The notes under the pieces: model-generated
Database searches by the model: none
The model's input: only the letters and a program-made list of their open reading frames with translations
What the model was told of the DNA's origin: nothing
Made by a program: the position numbers and the translations under genes
In this document: positions 52,841-64,000 of the stretch, in pieces
How positions within the stretch are numbered: the first letter of the stretch is position 1
How the letters are laid out: each line of letters opens with the position of its first letter
DNA from: Malacoraja senta
Lineage: Eukaryota
Assembly (NCBI GenBank): GCA_038087875.1
Contig: CM075987.1
Span: 26,290,001-26,354,000, forward strand
Direction of reading: 5' to 3'
Length of the DNA stretch: 64,000 bases

Positions 52841-53617
52841 CAATCAATCAACAATCAGTTTTATTCGTCACTTGCTCATAAAGTGCAAGTGAAATGAATT
52901 AGCTAGCAGCGGTGCAATGAGAAAGAACACACAAAAACACAATTAAAATGTAACACAAACATCCACCACAGCATTCATCACTGTGGTGGAAGGCACAAAT
53001 ATTGGCCACTCCTCCTCCATATTCCCCCGATTTCCTTGCCGATATATATAGGAGTCCACAGCTTGAACAGCGGATACAGTCTGAGGAAGGGTCTCGACCC
53101 GAAAACGTCACCCATTCCTTCCCTCCAGAGATGCTGCCTGTCCCCCTGATGTTACTCCAGCTTTTTGTGGCTAACAGCGCATGCAGTAGATGAGGTTGGA
53201 GGAAGTGAAGAGAGATCCTCTTTCATTTACACGCCCTGGTAAAGGCAAGTCTGAATGAGATTCTCTGCCAACAGTGGAGTTATGTCATTGACTCTGAGCA
53301 TTCCAGGGTCAAACATTGTTGGCAGCTCTGCAGGCACTTCACTTATCGTAATGAGCGTGGATCCAATAACACTCGAGCACCACTCGCCATCCAGGGTAAT
53401 GAAATTCCCTTCATTGGCATCAGATGCACCTCCAATCCAGTGCATTTACAACACAAACTGGCTGCTGTACAAGAATCGATTCCAGACGATCGGTTATATC
53501 CTCCTATCTTGATGGAATTACAAAGTAGCTATCAGGATCAGTGGGGCTAAATTGGATAGTCCCACTGTAGAGCTATCTGAAGCAAGAGGGGGCAGGTGGG
53601 GTGGGTTTTAGGTGAGG

Positions 53618-54018
53618 CAATAGACAATAGGTGCAGGAGTAGGCCATTCGGCCCTTCGATCCAGCACCGCCATTCAATGTGATCCTGGCTGATCATCCCC
53701 CATCAGTACCCCATTCCTGCCTTTTCCCCATATCCCCTGACTCCGCTATCTTTAAGAGCCATATCTAGCTCTCTCTCTCTAAAGTATCCGGAGAACCGGC
53801 CTCCACCGCCCTCTGAGGCAGAGAATTCCACAGACTCACCACTCTCTGTGTGAAAAAGTGTTTCCTCGACTCTGTTATAATTGGCTTACCCCTTATTCTT
53901 AAACTGTGGCCCCTGGTTCTGGACTCCCCCAACATCGGGAACATGTTTCCTGCCTCTAGCGTGTCCAAACCCTTAATAATCTTATATGTTTCAATAAGAT
54001 GCCCTCTCATCCTTCTCA
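53618..54018 (-). mobile_element. CR1 LINE 3' fragment
   Basis: RRMRGHLIETYKIIKGLDTLEAGNMFP. Confidence 0.88.
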
Positions 54019-54300
54019 ACCGTGCTCTAAAGAGGAACTGAGAAGTATTTTACAGGGGAGATGGGCTGATATCTCAAAGGCACTGCCATAGGAGGAAGTG
54101 GAATGAGATGTAATCTATACGTGAGGAACTGCCGCCACCAGGAACAAAGGAGGGCCCCGCGTGGAATTCTCTGTCAGCGTCCTTTGTGTAGCCACTCTTT
54201 GCATACCTTGTGTGAGGAAAACAAAGAATATAACTGTGACTGGCAATAAAGTGTCACGCATTCACTCATCCATTCATTTAGACCAACACTTAAACAGACA

Positions 54301-54612
54301 AGGGCGGCACGGTGGCGCAGCGGTAGAGTTGCTGCCTCACAGCGCCAGAGACCCGGGTTCGATCCCGACTACGGGAGTTGTCTGTAAGGAGATTGTACGT
54401 CCTCCCCGTGACCTGCATGGGTTTTCTCCGGGTGCTCCGGTTTCCTCCCACACTCCAAAACGTACGGGTTTGAAGGCTGATTGGCTTGGTAAAATTGTAA
54501 ATTGTCCCCAGTGTGTGTAGGATAGTGTTAGAGTGCTGGGATCGCGGGTCGGCCTGGACTCAGTGGGCCGAAGGGCCGGTTTCCACGCTGAATCACAAAA
54601 CTATAAACTAAA
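54301..54612 (+). mobile_element. V-domain SINE, full length
   Basis: gggcggcacggtggcgcagcggtag head, ggttcgatccc B box, core and tail. Confidence 0.9.
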
Positions 54613-55194
54613 AAACCTACATACATGAGTACCGTTATCCTCGATTACACTGATATTGTCACAATTATCATCAGACTACTGTGCAGGAATTTCAATCAGT
54701 CCATCGGTAAGGATTCCATACAAGATACTTGATGAGCGAGTAAAGAAATGAAAGATAATTATATCAACATAGCCTTTGTTATTCAAATGAATGTTGTATG
54801 TCGCTGGATAAACTGTTACATATCATTGATGACAGGTTTGTAAAACATTCTTCTATCAAAGCCAATGTAGCTATAACCTCTAATGACAACCTGCACCAAA
54901 TGACACTATGATGTGTAGGAAGGAACTGCAGATGCCGGTTTAAGCCGAAGATAGACACAAAATGCTGGAGTAACTCAGCGGGACAGGCAGCATCTCTAGA
55001 GAGAAGGAATGGGTGACGTTTCAGGTCGAGACCCTTCTTCAGACTGAGAGTCAGGGGAAAGGGAAACGCGAGATATAGTCAGTGATGACTAGAATTAGTG
55101 TGGATGGGTGATCGTTGGTCGGCACAGACTCGGGGGGACGAAGGGCCTGTATCCACGCTGTATCTCTAAACTGAACTGTAATAACAAAGAACAA

Positions 55195-55768
55195 GGGTAA
55201 TGGAAGACGGGAACAAATTGAGCTCATCTCAAAAGTCAATTTTTAATTATGGTTTAATAATAGCAAAAAAATTAATATTGAAATTTTGGAAAAATACACC
55301 AATACCAACGCTCAAAATGTGGATTGCAAGTATGTTGGATACCGCACAGCTTGAGGAAATGCGATTCCTCCTAATAGATAAATTTAACCAATTCACAACG
55401 AGTTGGTCTCCATTTGTCGTCTTTTTGGAAACGTATGGTGCAAAACAGGTGTAAAAGCTAATCCGTGACTGCGGATGGTCAAGATTATAAATGATCTCCT
55501 ATTTTCTTTTCTTCTCTTCTTTTCTTTTATTCTCTTTCTTCTATTTTCTATGTCTCAACTTTCTTTTTTCATTCTTTATTTTTTACTTTTTCACACACTA
55601 TATATCTCACATTTTTCTATTTTTCATTATCTAACTTTTTTCTTTTTCTTCTTTATTTCAAAACAAAATTTAAATAGGAAGCTGTACATAAAAGGTATTA
55701 TGAAAATATGATTGTATACAATTGTACTTACTTCTAATTTTAAAAAAATTAAAAATAAATAAATAAAT
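55195..55768 (+). mobile_element. Short 5'-truncated L1-clade insertion (second subfamily)
   Basis: NYGLIIAKKLILKFWKNTPIPTLKMW..LEEMRFLL, homologous to the 4678-5682 ORF end; (aaat)n tail; TSD aaagaacaa at 55186-55194 and 55769-55777. Confidence 0.88.
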
Positions 55769-55854
55769 AAAGAACAAAATAAAATATTATCTTTGTGGAA
55801 TCCACTTTTGTTTCGCCCTAGATTTAATCCCCAATGGTAAGAATGAATTTTCAG

Positions 55855-56590
55855 AGATGGACACAGAGAAAGCTGGGGTGACTCAACGGATCAGGCAGCA
55901 TCCCTGGAGAGAAGGAATAGGAGACGTTTCGGGTCGAGACCCTTCTTCAGACTGAGAGTCGGGGGGAAAAGGAAAACGAGAGATATAGAACAAATGAATG
56001 AGAGATATGCAAAAAAAGTAATAACGATGAAGGAAACAGGCCACTGTTAGCTGTTTGCTGGGTGAGAACAGGAAGCTGGTGTGACTTGGGTGGCGGAGGG
56101 ATGGAGGGAGAGAGGGAATGCAGGGGTTACGAAGCTAGAGGAATGAATTTCATACCGCTGGGGTGTAAGGTGCCCAAGCGAAATATGAGGCGCTGTTCCT
56201 CCAATTTGCGATTAACCTCACTCTGACAATGGAGGAGGCCCAGGACGGAAAGGTCAGTGTGAGATTGGGAAGGAGAATTAAAGTAGACGAAAATGCTGGA
56301 GAAACTCAGCGGGTGCAGCGGCATCTATGGAGCGAAGGAAATAGGCAACGTTTCGGGCCGAAACCCTTGGGTTTCGGCCCGAAACGTTGCCTATTTCCTT
56401 CAGGGTTTCAAACTTTGCCAAACCCTTCAGGGTTTCGGCCCGAAACGTTGCCTATTTCCTTCGCTCCATAGATGCTGCTGCTCCCGCTGAGTTTCTCCAG
56501 CATTTTTGTCTACCTTCGATTTTCCAGCATCTGCAGTTCCTTCTTAAACAGGAGAATTAAAGTGTTTGGCAACTGGGAGAGCAGGTAGAT
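55855..56590 (-). mobile_element. PLE 3' portion with a nested rearranged fold-back insertion (56285-56549)
   Basis: FNSPSQSHTDLSVLGLLH..KLEEQRLIFRLG; TSD aggagaattaaagt at 56271-56284 and 56550-56563. Confidence 0.88.
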
Positions 56591-57289
56591 GGCTAAATGA
56601 CACTAACTGAATTGACAACCAATTAAGACGCAGGCTACCAAGGTCAAGGCAGAATTGAGTAGAATATTTTCCTAATCTTTAGGAGATTGAATTAACTTTA
56701 CAGCTTTCAACAGGTTATGTCCTTACTTTCATATAAATACGGTTTAATACGCATTTGAAAATACTTATTAACAAATAATTCTTCTGACATTAGATTTGCA
56801 CTGATTTGGAAATGTTCAGATGGCATTTTTCAAAATACACATTGAACCAAATATGTTTTTAAAGGTTAGCTCCTGTAACCACAGGCAAATACACAAAAAA
56901 GGTAAAGCGCTGTCCCCTGACACGGTGCTGATGTTACAAAGGAAAAGGCCAAGGTCCCCTGCGATGTGTTAATGTTTTAGTTTAGAGATACAGCGAGGAA
57001 ACAGGCCCTTCGGCCCACCGAGTCTGTGCCGACCAGCGGTCCCCGCACAAATCTTTCGTTCGCCTTCATTGTTTGCAAAGATGACCCTACGTCTTGAAAT
57101 ATTTTTATGGATTTTATGCACCCCAATACCCGTGAAGAACAAGCATCCTAACTGGAACGAACATCCTAATTGAGCCTTCTATTTTAATATTCATCCTCAT
57201 CTTTTGTTAATGCAAAGCCAGTTGACGTTTGGTTAGAACCAGTTCAATGGGCTTTAAACATTTTGGTTCCATCATTAAGCATTTGTGCA

Positions 57290-57366
57290 GGAAAGAACTG
57301 AAGAAGGGTCTCGACCCGAAACGTCACTCATTCATTCCCTCCAGAGATGCTGCCTGTCCCTTCGAT
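57290..57366 (+). mobile_element. ~77 bp PLE fragment, mostly the hammerhead-like core, with a 15 bp TSD
   Basis: CTGAAGAAGGGTCTCGACCCGAAACGTC at 57298-57325; TSD ttaagcatttgtgca at 57275-57289 and 57367-57381. Confidence 0.8.
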
Positions 57367-59619
57367 TTAAGCATTTGTGCAATGCGCATCAACAGTCCAG
57401 TTGCGCTAACTCTATCCCACACACACTAGGGACAATTTACAATCATACCAAGACAATTAACCTACAAAACCCGTACGTCTTTGAAGTGTGGGAGGAAACC
57501 GGAGATACCGGGGAAAACCCACGCAGGTTATGGGGAGAACGTACAAACTCCGTACAGAGAGCACCCGTGGTCAGGATCAAACCCGGGTCCTTGGCGCTGT
57601 AAGGCTGCGACTCTACCGCTGCGTCACCATGCCGCCCCTGTCCTCATGTCCACGCCCACGCTAATGTCCTCAGATTCACCGGTGTTGCTGGGCTCAGCAC
57701 ATTGTTATTCATTGGTAAACTCATTCAGAGATTCATTTAAGGTTCACAGTCTCTATGAGTAACAAAGGCATAAGGGGGCCCACTGAGAGAACGGAGGTAC
57801 CCGGAGTGAGGGGGGGGGGCGCTGAGAACAAAGAGAACCCGGCGTAGGGGGGGAGGGGGGGTTGGAGAGAGAGGGGAGAGAGGGGGGAGCCAAGAACATA
57901 GAGGGACCCAGTGTGGGGGTGGGGGCCGTTGAGAAGAAAGAGTGACTCAGCGGGTGCAGCGGCATCTATGGAGCGAAGGAAATAGGCAACGTTTCAGACA
58001 TTGAGAGAACAAAGGGGGACCAATGGGGTCGACATTGGAGACTCTGTAACTCAGTCGCTGCCCTTTATATAGCGACTCTTTGCATACCTTGTAAAAAAGG
58101 AATCTGACTGAACCTTGGTACATGTGACAATAAAGTACCATTGAACCATTGAAGGTGTGAAGACAATGCTACCTTGGACTGACGTTAAATCCAGGGTTTG
58201 ACAATACTTTATAAGAGGCTACAATTTCTGTATTGGTCTATTAACGGTGCTGTTTATGGGCCTGAATCACATATTCAGGTTGAAACTAGTAAGCAGGATG
58301 AATATCCATCACAATGTTGGTTGGTTAGTTGAAAAGTTGGGTACAAAGCTGTATGAGGAAGGGTCTCGACCCAAAACGTCACCCATTCCTTCTCTTCAGA
58401 GATGCTGCCTGTCCCGCTGAGTTACCCCAGCATTTTGTGTCTATCCTCGATTGAGACCAGCATCTGCAGTTCTTTTCCACACATCTCCAAATATACCACT
58501 TGTGGATTAAAGACAAAATGATATGGACTTGTGACATCCAGTACTTAATTTGTGGAGTCAGGGGATATGGGGAGAAGGCAGGAACGGGGTACTGATTGGG
58601 GATGATCAGCCATGATCACATTGAATGGCGATGCTGGTTCGAAGGGCCAAATGGCCTACTCCTGCACCTATTGTCTATTGTCATGATCCCCAATGGCCTT
58701 TATAAGGCTGGTTCATTCAGCCTTCTCTGTGTTCCCCTTTTTCTTCAAAACATCTGGATCGAAGGGCCGAATTGTCTATTGTCTATGGTCTAATTGTCTG
58801 GCAGTTTTAATATCACCACATTTAAATGGTGTGGATCAAGGGCAAGTAAATTGTTATGTACTTTCTATCTTCGGTCTAAACCAGCATCTGCAGTTCCTTC
58901 CTACACATAATAGTGAGGGTTTCAGGTTCCAGTGATGGATATCTGACATCCAGGCACTGAATGTGGTCTATGGATTGCTCTTTGGGAGAACCACGGTCGT
59001 GCAGCGGTCCATTGAGACAGATTGAAGATAATCTATGAGAGGTTGGGAGACAATGTTGGGATAAATTAGATTTTATTCCGTCCCCATGAGTCACCAGAGA
59101 GTGTTCAACGTTGACATACTGTTAGGTCTGGCCATGGAGAAATCACCAGCTCACTGAGATGGCTTAATGAAGAGTAACCACTTCCACAAAACCTTTAGGT
59201 GACTTTTATCTCCGACATCAATTTCAGCAACACAGCATTGCTGTGATCGATGAGGTGGGAAGGGGAAAATATGATTGTGTTGATGTTCGGTCTCGTTTAA
59301 CACGTTGTGGAGAGGAACAATAGACCCGACTGTCAAGGAAGATAGACACAAAATGCTGGAGTAACTCAGTGGGTCAGGCAGCATCTCTGGAGAAAAGGAA
59401 TAGGTGACTCGAGACCCTTAGAATAACAGTGCATGGAAGCAGAACATTCACCCCAACTTGCACACACTGACCAACATTTTCCATCAACAGTAGTCCCACC
59501 TGCCTGCATTTGGCCCATATCCCTCTAAACCTGTCCTATCCATGTACCTGACTAATTGCTTCTTAAATGTGCGATAGTCCCTGTCTGAGGAAGGGGTGGG
59601 AGGTGAAAGTGAAGATTAA

Positions 59620-59770
59620 AGGGCCTGTCCCACTTGGGCGCCATTTGCGCGTCACACAATGCCTACATCATCACGCACCATGCGGGTAACGACGCGTGCG
59701 TCGTGCGTCATGACGCGTAAATTATGTCGCGTAAATGACGCGCAAATGCCGCCCAAGTGGGACAGGCCCT
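59620..59770. mobile_element. Short palindromic Harbinger-type MITE
   Basis: agggcctgtcccacttgggcgccatttgcgcgtca...tgacgcgcaaatgccgcccaagtgggacaggccct; TAA on both flanks. Confidence 0.9.
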
Positions 59771-60602
59771 TAAGAGGCATCAGACAGCCACATGTCCTCA
59801 AATTAAACTGCTGGAGAAACTCAACAGGTCAGGCAGCAGATGTGGAGGGAAAATGGACACTTCCTGAGATCATTCGTTCATACGTCACACAAACAGAATT
59901 AAGTCATTTGGCCCATCAAATCTATCCCACCATTCAATCATGGCTGATCTATCTCTCCCTCAAAAGCCCATTCTCCTGCCTTCTCCCCATAACCTCTGAC
60001 ACACGTACTAATCAAGAATCTACCTATCGCTGCCTTAAAAATATCCACTGACTTGGCCTCCACAGCCTTCTGTGGCAATGAATTCCACAGATGCACCACA
60101 CTCTGATTAAAGGAATTCCTCCTCATCTCAATTCTAAGGGTACAGATTACATTAAGGAAGAAGGGTCTCGACCAGAAACATCACCCATTCCTTCTCTCCA
60201 GAGATGCTGCCTGTCCCACTGAGTGACTGCAGCATTGTGTGTCAATCTTCTAATAGTGACATAAGCTGCACTGCCCCCAAAAATAAAATAGTTGGTATTT
60301 GTTGAAAAACAAACATTTCATTTGACTGTACATTTCCCACATTGAATGCAAGCTGTGAACAATTAACATCGCACATTAGACTCCAGGAGGCATGAGTTAG
60401 CAAAGCAGTTTTGTCCAACCCCCCTGCTTCTTTAGAAGATAGACACAAAATGCTGGGGTAACTCAGCAGGGGGAACCCCCGGGACACAAAGATGGCCGGG
60501 AGAGGAGAGGAGAGGAGAGAAGAGGAGAGGAGAGGAGAGGACATTGGCTCACGGGAACTGCTCCAGTACATCGAGCGCGCGGATCGACCGGACTTTGGAC
60601 TT

Positions 60603-61750
60603 TAGAAACATAGAAAATAGGTGCAGGAGTAGGCCATTTGGCCCATCGAGCCAGTGCCGCCATTCAATATGATCATGGCTGATCATCCAGAATCAGTACC
60701 CCGTTCCTGCTTTCTCCCCATATCCCTTGATTCCATTAGCCCCAAGAGCTAAATCTATCTCTCTCTTGAAAACATCCAGTGAATTGGCCTCCACTGCCTT
60801 CTGCGACAGAAAATTCCACAGATTCACAACTCACTGGGTGAAAAAAACATTCCTCATCTCAGCCCTAAATGGCCTACCCCTTATTCATAAACTGTGTGAG
60901 CCCTGATTCTGGACTCCCCCAATATCAGGAACATTTTCCCTGCAATCCCTTAAGTATTTTACATGTTTCTATAAGATCTCCTCTCATCCTTCTAAGTTCC
61001 AGTGACTTTGAATAATGGTGCCAAAAATGCCGGTGCCCGCATGTGTAATAGATGCAAAAAGAATTTCACTCTGCAGTCACATATGTGAGAATTGGAAATA
61101 TATGGGCATTACATGGTTTAACAGAGGTACTGACCTTTCTACCATTGAAGGGATATACAGGGAGCTCTGTTCGAAAGGATACCCAATATCATCACACCAG
61201 CCTGGCCAACCTGACCATGCTGCTACCAGCGGGGAGATGGGGCAGGAGCCTGGGAACAGGAGATCCCAGAGTAATTCCCAGGATGACGGGACTGTCATAT
61301 GTTGATAGAATGCAATGGCTGGGCTTGTATCCTCTGAAATTTAGAAGGATGAGAGGGTATCTTATTGAAACATATAAGTTTATTAAGGGTTTGAACATGC
61401 TAGAGGCAGGAAGCATGTTCCCGATGTTGGGGGAGTCCAGAACCAGGGGCCATAGTTTAAGAATAAGGGGTAAGCCACTAAGAACTGAGATGAGGAAAAA
61501 CTTTTTCACATAGAGAGTTGTGAGTCTGTGGAATTCTCTGCCTCAGAGGGTGGTGGAGGCTGGTTCCCTGGATGCTTTCAAGAGAGAGCTAGATAGAGCT
61601 CTTAAAAATAGCGGAGTCAGTGGATATGGGGAGAAGGCAGGAACGGGGTACTGATTGGGGATGATCAGCCATGATCACATTGAATGGCGGAGCTGGCTCG
61701 AAGGGCCGAATGGCCTACTCCTGCACCCATGGTCTATTGTCTATTGTCTA
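60603..61750. mobile_element. Two CR1 3' fragments (60603-61005 -, 61270-61750 +)
   Basis: CR1 ORF2 end motifs and microsatellite tails. Confidence 0.85.
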
Positions 61751-61961
61751 AAACCATACAGGTCAATTCAATGAACTTTAAACATTTTGGTTTCATCGTT
61801 AAACATTTGTGCAATGTGCATCAGCAGTCCAGTTGCACCCGGGAAAAACCCACGCAGGTCACGGGGAGAACGTTAAACTCCGTAGAGGCAGCGCCCGTGG
61901 TCAGGATCGAACCCAGGTCTGTGAGGCAGCGACTCTACCTGGCGTATGAAACACTCCTCAG

Positions 61962-62180
61962 TCTTTTTTTTTTATTATCAAAATTTTATTCAATTATTAA
62001 AAATAAGATTTACAATTCAATAAAAAAAATAGAACCCACAACTATGTTACAATCCTTGTCGAGGATGCATTCAACCCCCCCGCGGTGCCCAGCGGTCCCG
62101 GAAATCCCCCAGGGTGCCCATGGACAGTGCGAAGTCCCTCCAACACCACGAAACCCCGGAAAAGGGGCAGGCATGTACAC
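61962..62180 (-). mobile_element. Tx1-like LINE 3' end fragment
   Basis: Frameshifted CLPLFRGF..LE/RDFALSMGTLGDFRDRWAPRG/VECILDKDCNIV, then an aataaa-containing UTR and an A-tail. Confidence 0.55.
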
Positions 62181-62789
62181 CTCACTCTTGACATGGATCC
62201 AGAGATCTCCATACTCCAAAATGAGTCTGAAGGAGGGTCTCGACCCGAAACGTCACACATTCCTTCTCTCCAGAGATGCTGCCTGTTACTCCAGCATTTT
62301 GTGTCTATCATCGGTGTAAACCAGCATCTGCAGTTCCTTTCCACACATCTCCAAATATACCACTAATAGAGTAAAGACACAAAACGATAGTGGCTTGCGA
62401 GATTACCTAATTGTCGGGCAGTTTTAATATCACCATGTCTAAATGGTGTGGATCAATGGCAAATAGATTGTTCAGTACTTCTGCAGCATTTACCACATGC
62501 TGTGCTGCAAATGGAGGATGTGGGATGATATATTAATCGGCTCTCAGCTTTCAATTAGTTTCAGAACAATTAGAAAATGTTTGCACAGCACATCAGTGTA
62601 TCGGCAGCCAAGCAGCAAGTTAGACAACGTCAGGGCTTTTTCGACAAACAAGAAATTACCGGCACACAACTTTCACCTCTGTCTCGCTTTCCTCCTCCAA
62701 TCCCATATCTCTTAACATTTAAGAATCCAGACGATTCTTTCATGCAGATGCATGAAGCCAGCAGATCTGAACGGGTTTCTGAAGAAGGG

Positions 62790-64000
62790 TCTGAAACATA
62801 TAAGAATGTTAAGTGCTTGGACACGCTAGAGGCAGGAAACATGTTCCCAATGTTGGGGGAGACCAGAACCAGGGGCCACAGTTTAAGAATAAGGAGTAAG
62901 CCATTTAGAACGGAGAAGAGGAAACACTTTTTTCTCACAGAGAGTGGTGAGTCTGTGGAATTCTCTGCCTCAGAGGGCAGTGGAGGCAGGTTCACTGGAT
63001 GCTTTCAAGTGAGAGCTAGATAGGGCTCTTAAAAATAGCGGAGTCAGGGGATATGGGGAGAAGGCAGGAACGGGGTACTGATTGGGGATAATGATCAGCC
63101 ATGATCACATTGAATGGCGGTGCTGGCTTGAAGGGCCGAATGGCCTACTCCTGCACCTATTGTCTATTGTCTATTGACCCGAAACGTCACCCATTCCTTC
63201 TCCCCAGAGATGCTGCCTGTCCCACTGAGTTACTCCAGCTTTTTGAGTGTCTACCTTCAGATTAAACCAGCATCTGCAATTCCTTCCTACACGTTGAGTA
63301 TAGAAGTTGGGAGGTCATGTTGCAGTTAAGACGTTGGTGTGGCCGCATTCAGAGCATTGTGTTCAGTTCTGGGCACCATGGTGTCGGGATGATGTTGTCA
63401 AGTTGGAAAGGTTTCAGAGAAGATTTACGAGGATGTTGCCAGGACCAGAGGGTCTGAGCTATAGGGAGAGGTTGAGTAGGCTGGGACTCGTTTCCTTGGA
63501 GTGCAGGAGGATGAGGGTAGGGAAAGTAGTAGGGAAATCGAGCATGAAGGTGGAATCTCATGTAGATAGGGTGGTAAAGAAAGCTTTTGGTGTGCTGGCC
63601 TTTATAAATCAGAGCATTGAATATAGAAGTTGGGATGTAATGTTAAAATTGTACAAGGCATTGGTGAGGCCAATTCTGGAGTATGGAGTACAATTTTGGT
63701 CGCCTAATTATAGGAAGGATGTCAACAAAATAGAGAGAGTACAGAGGAGATTTACTAGAATGTTGCCTGGGTTTCAGCAACTAAGTTACAGAGAAAATTT
63801 GAACAAGTTAGGTCTTTATTCTTTGGAGCGCAGAAGGTTAAGAGGGGACTTGATAGAGGTCTTTAAAATTATGAGCGGGTTAGACAGAGTGGATGTGGAT
63901 AAGCTTTTCCCATTGAGAGTAGGGAAGATTCAAACAAGGGGACATGACTTGAGAATTAAGGGACAGAAGTTTAGGGGGAACATTAGGGGGAACTTCTTTA
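62790..64000 (+). mobile_element. Successive CR1 fragments; the last (~63550-64000) is open and runs off the window
   Basis: LAFINQSIEYRSWDVMLKLYKALVRPILEYGVQFWSP..RVQRRFTRMLPG..RGDLIEVFK. Confidence 0.9.

Noticed and set aside
54301..54375. tRNA gene-like sequences here and at other SINE heads
   Set aside because: They are SINE heads that continue into the V-core and LINE tail, not standalone tRNA genes

Overview
This is a vertebrate nuclear window, mostly transposon-derived. The repeat set points to an elasmobranch, probably a skate or ray (inference): tRNA-derived V-domain SINEs sharing a 3' tail with CR1/HER1-type LINEs, abundant CR1 3' fragments, Penelope-like GIY-YIG fragments and Rex1/Babar fragments. 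I found no host protein-coding exon I can support, so it reads as deep intron or intergenic DNA. The long His/Thr- and Cys/Val-rich ORFs are (CA)n artefacts. Main observations: (1) Many short Penelope-like terminal units carry a minimal hammerhead-ribozyme-like core (CTGAAGA-A-stem II-GAAACGTC/T). Several are inserted as fold-back mini-elements with 12-16 bp target-site duplications (TSDs), and their inversion points fall in or next to that core. (2) Seven PIF/Harbinger-type MITEs share one terminal motif, most with TWA flanks, but have different interiors. (3) A young 5'-truncated L1-clade insertion has an open ORF2 C-terminus and an 18-20 bp TSD. (4) One CR1-group LINE looks invertebrate-like. 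(5) A ~165 bp degenerate palindrome lies in unique DNA. (6) Several old local duplications exist, one giving a filled/empty insertion-site pair. There is a 200-N assembly gap. Many repeat boundaries are approximate (read by eye), and not every small fragment is listed.
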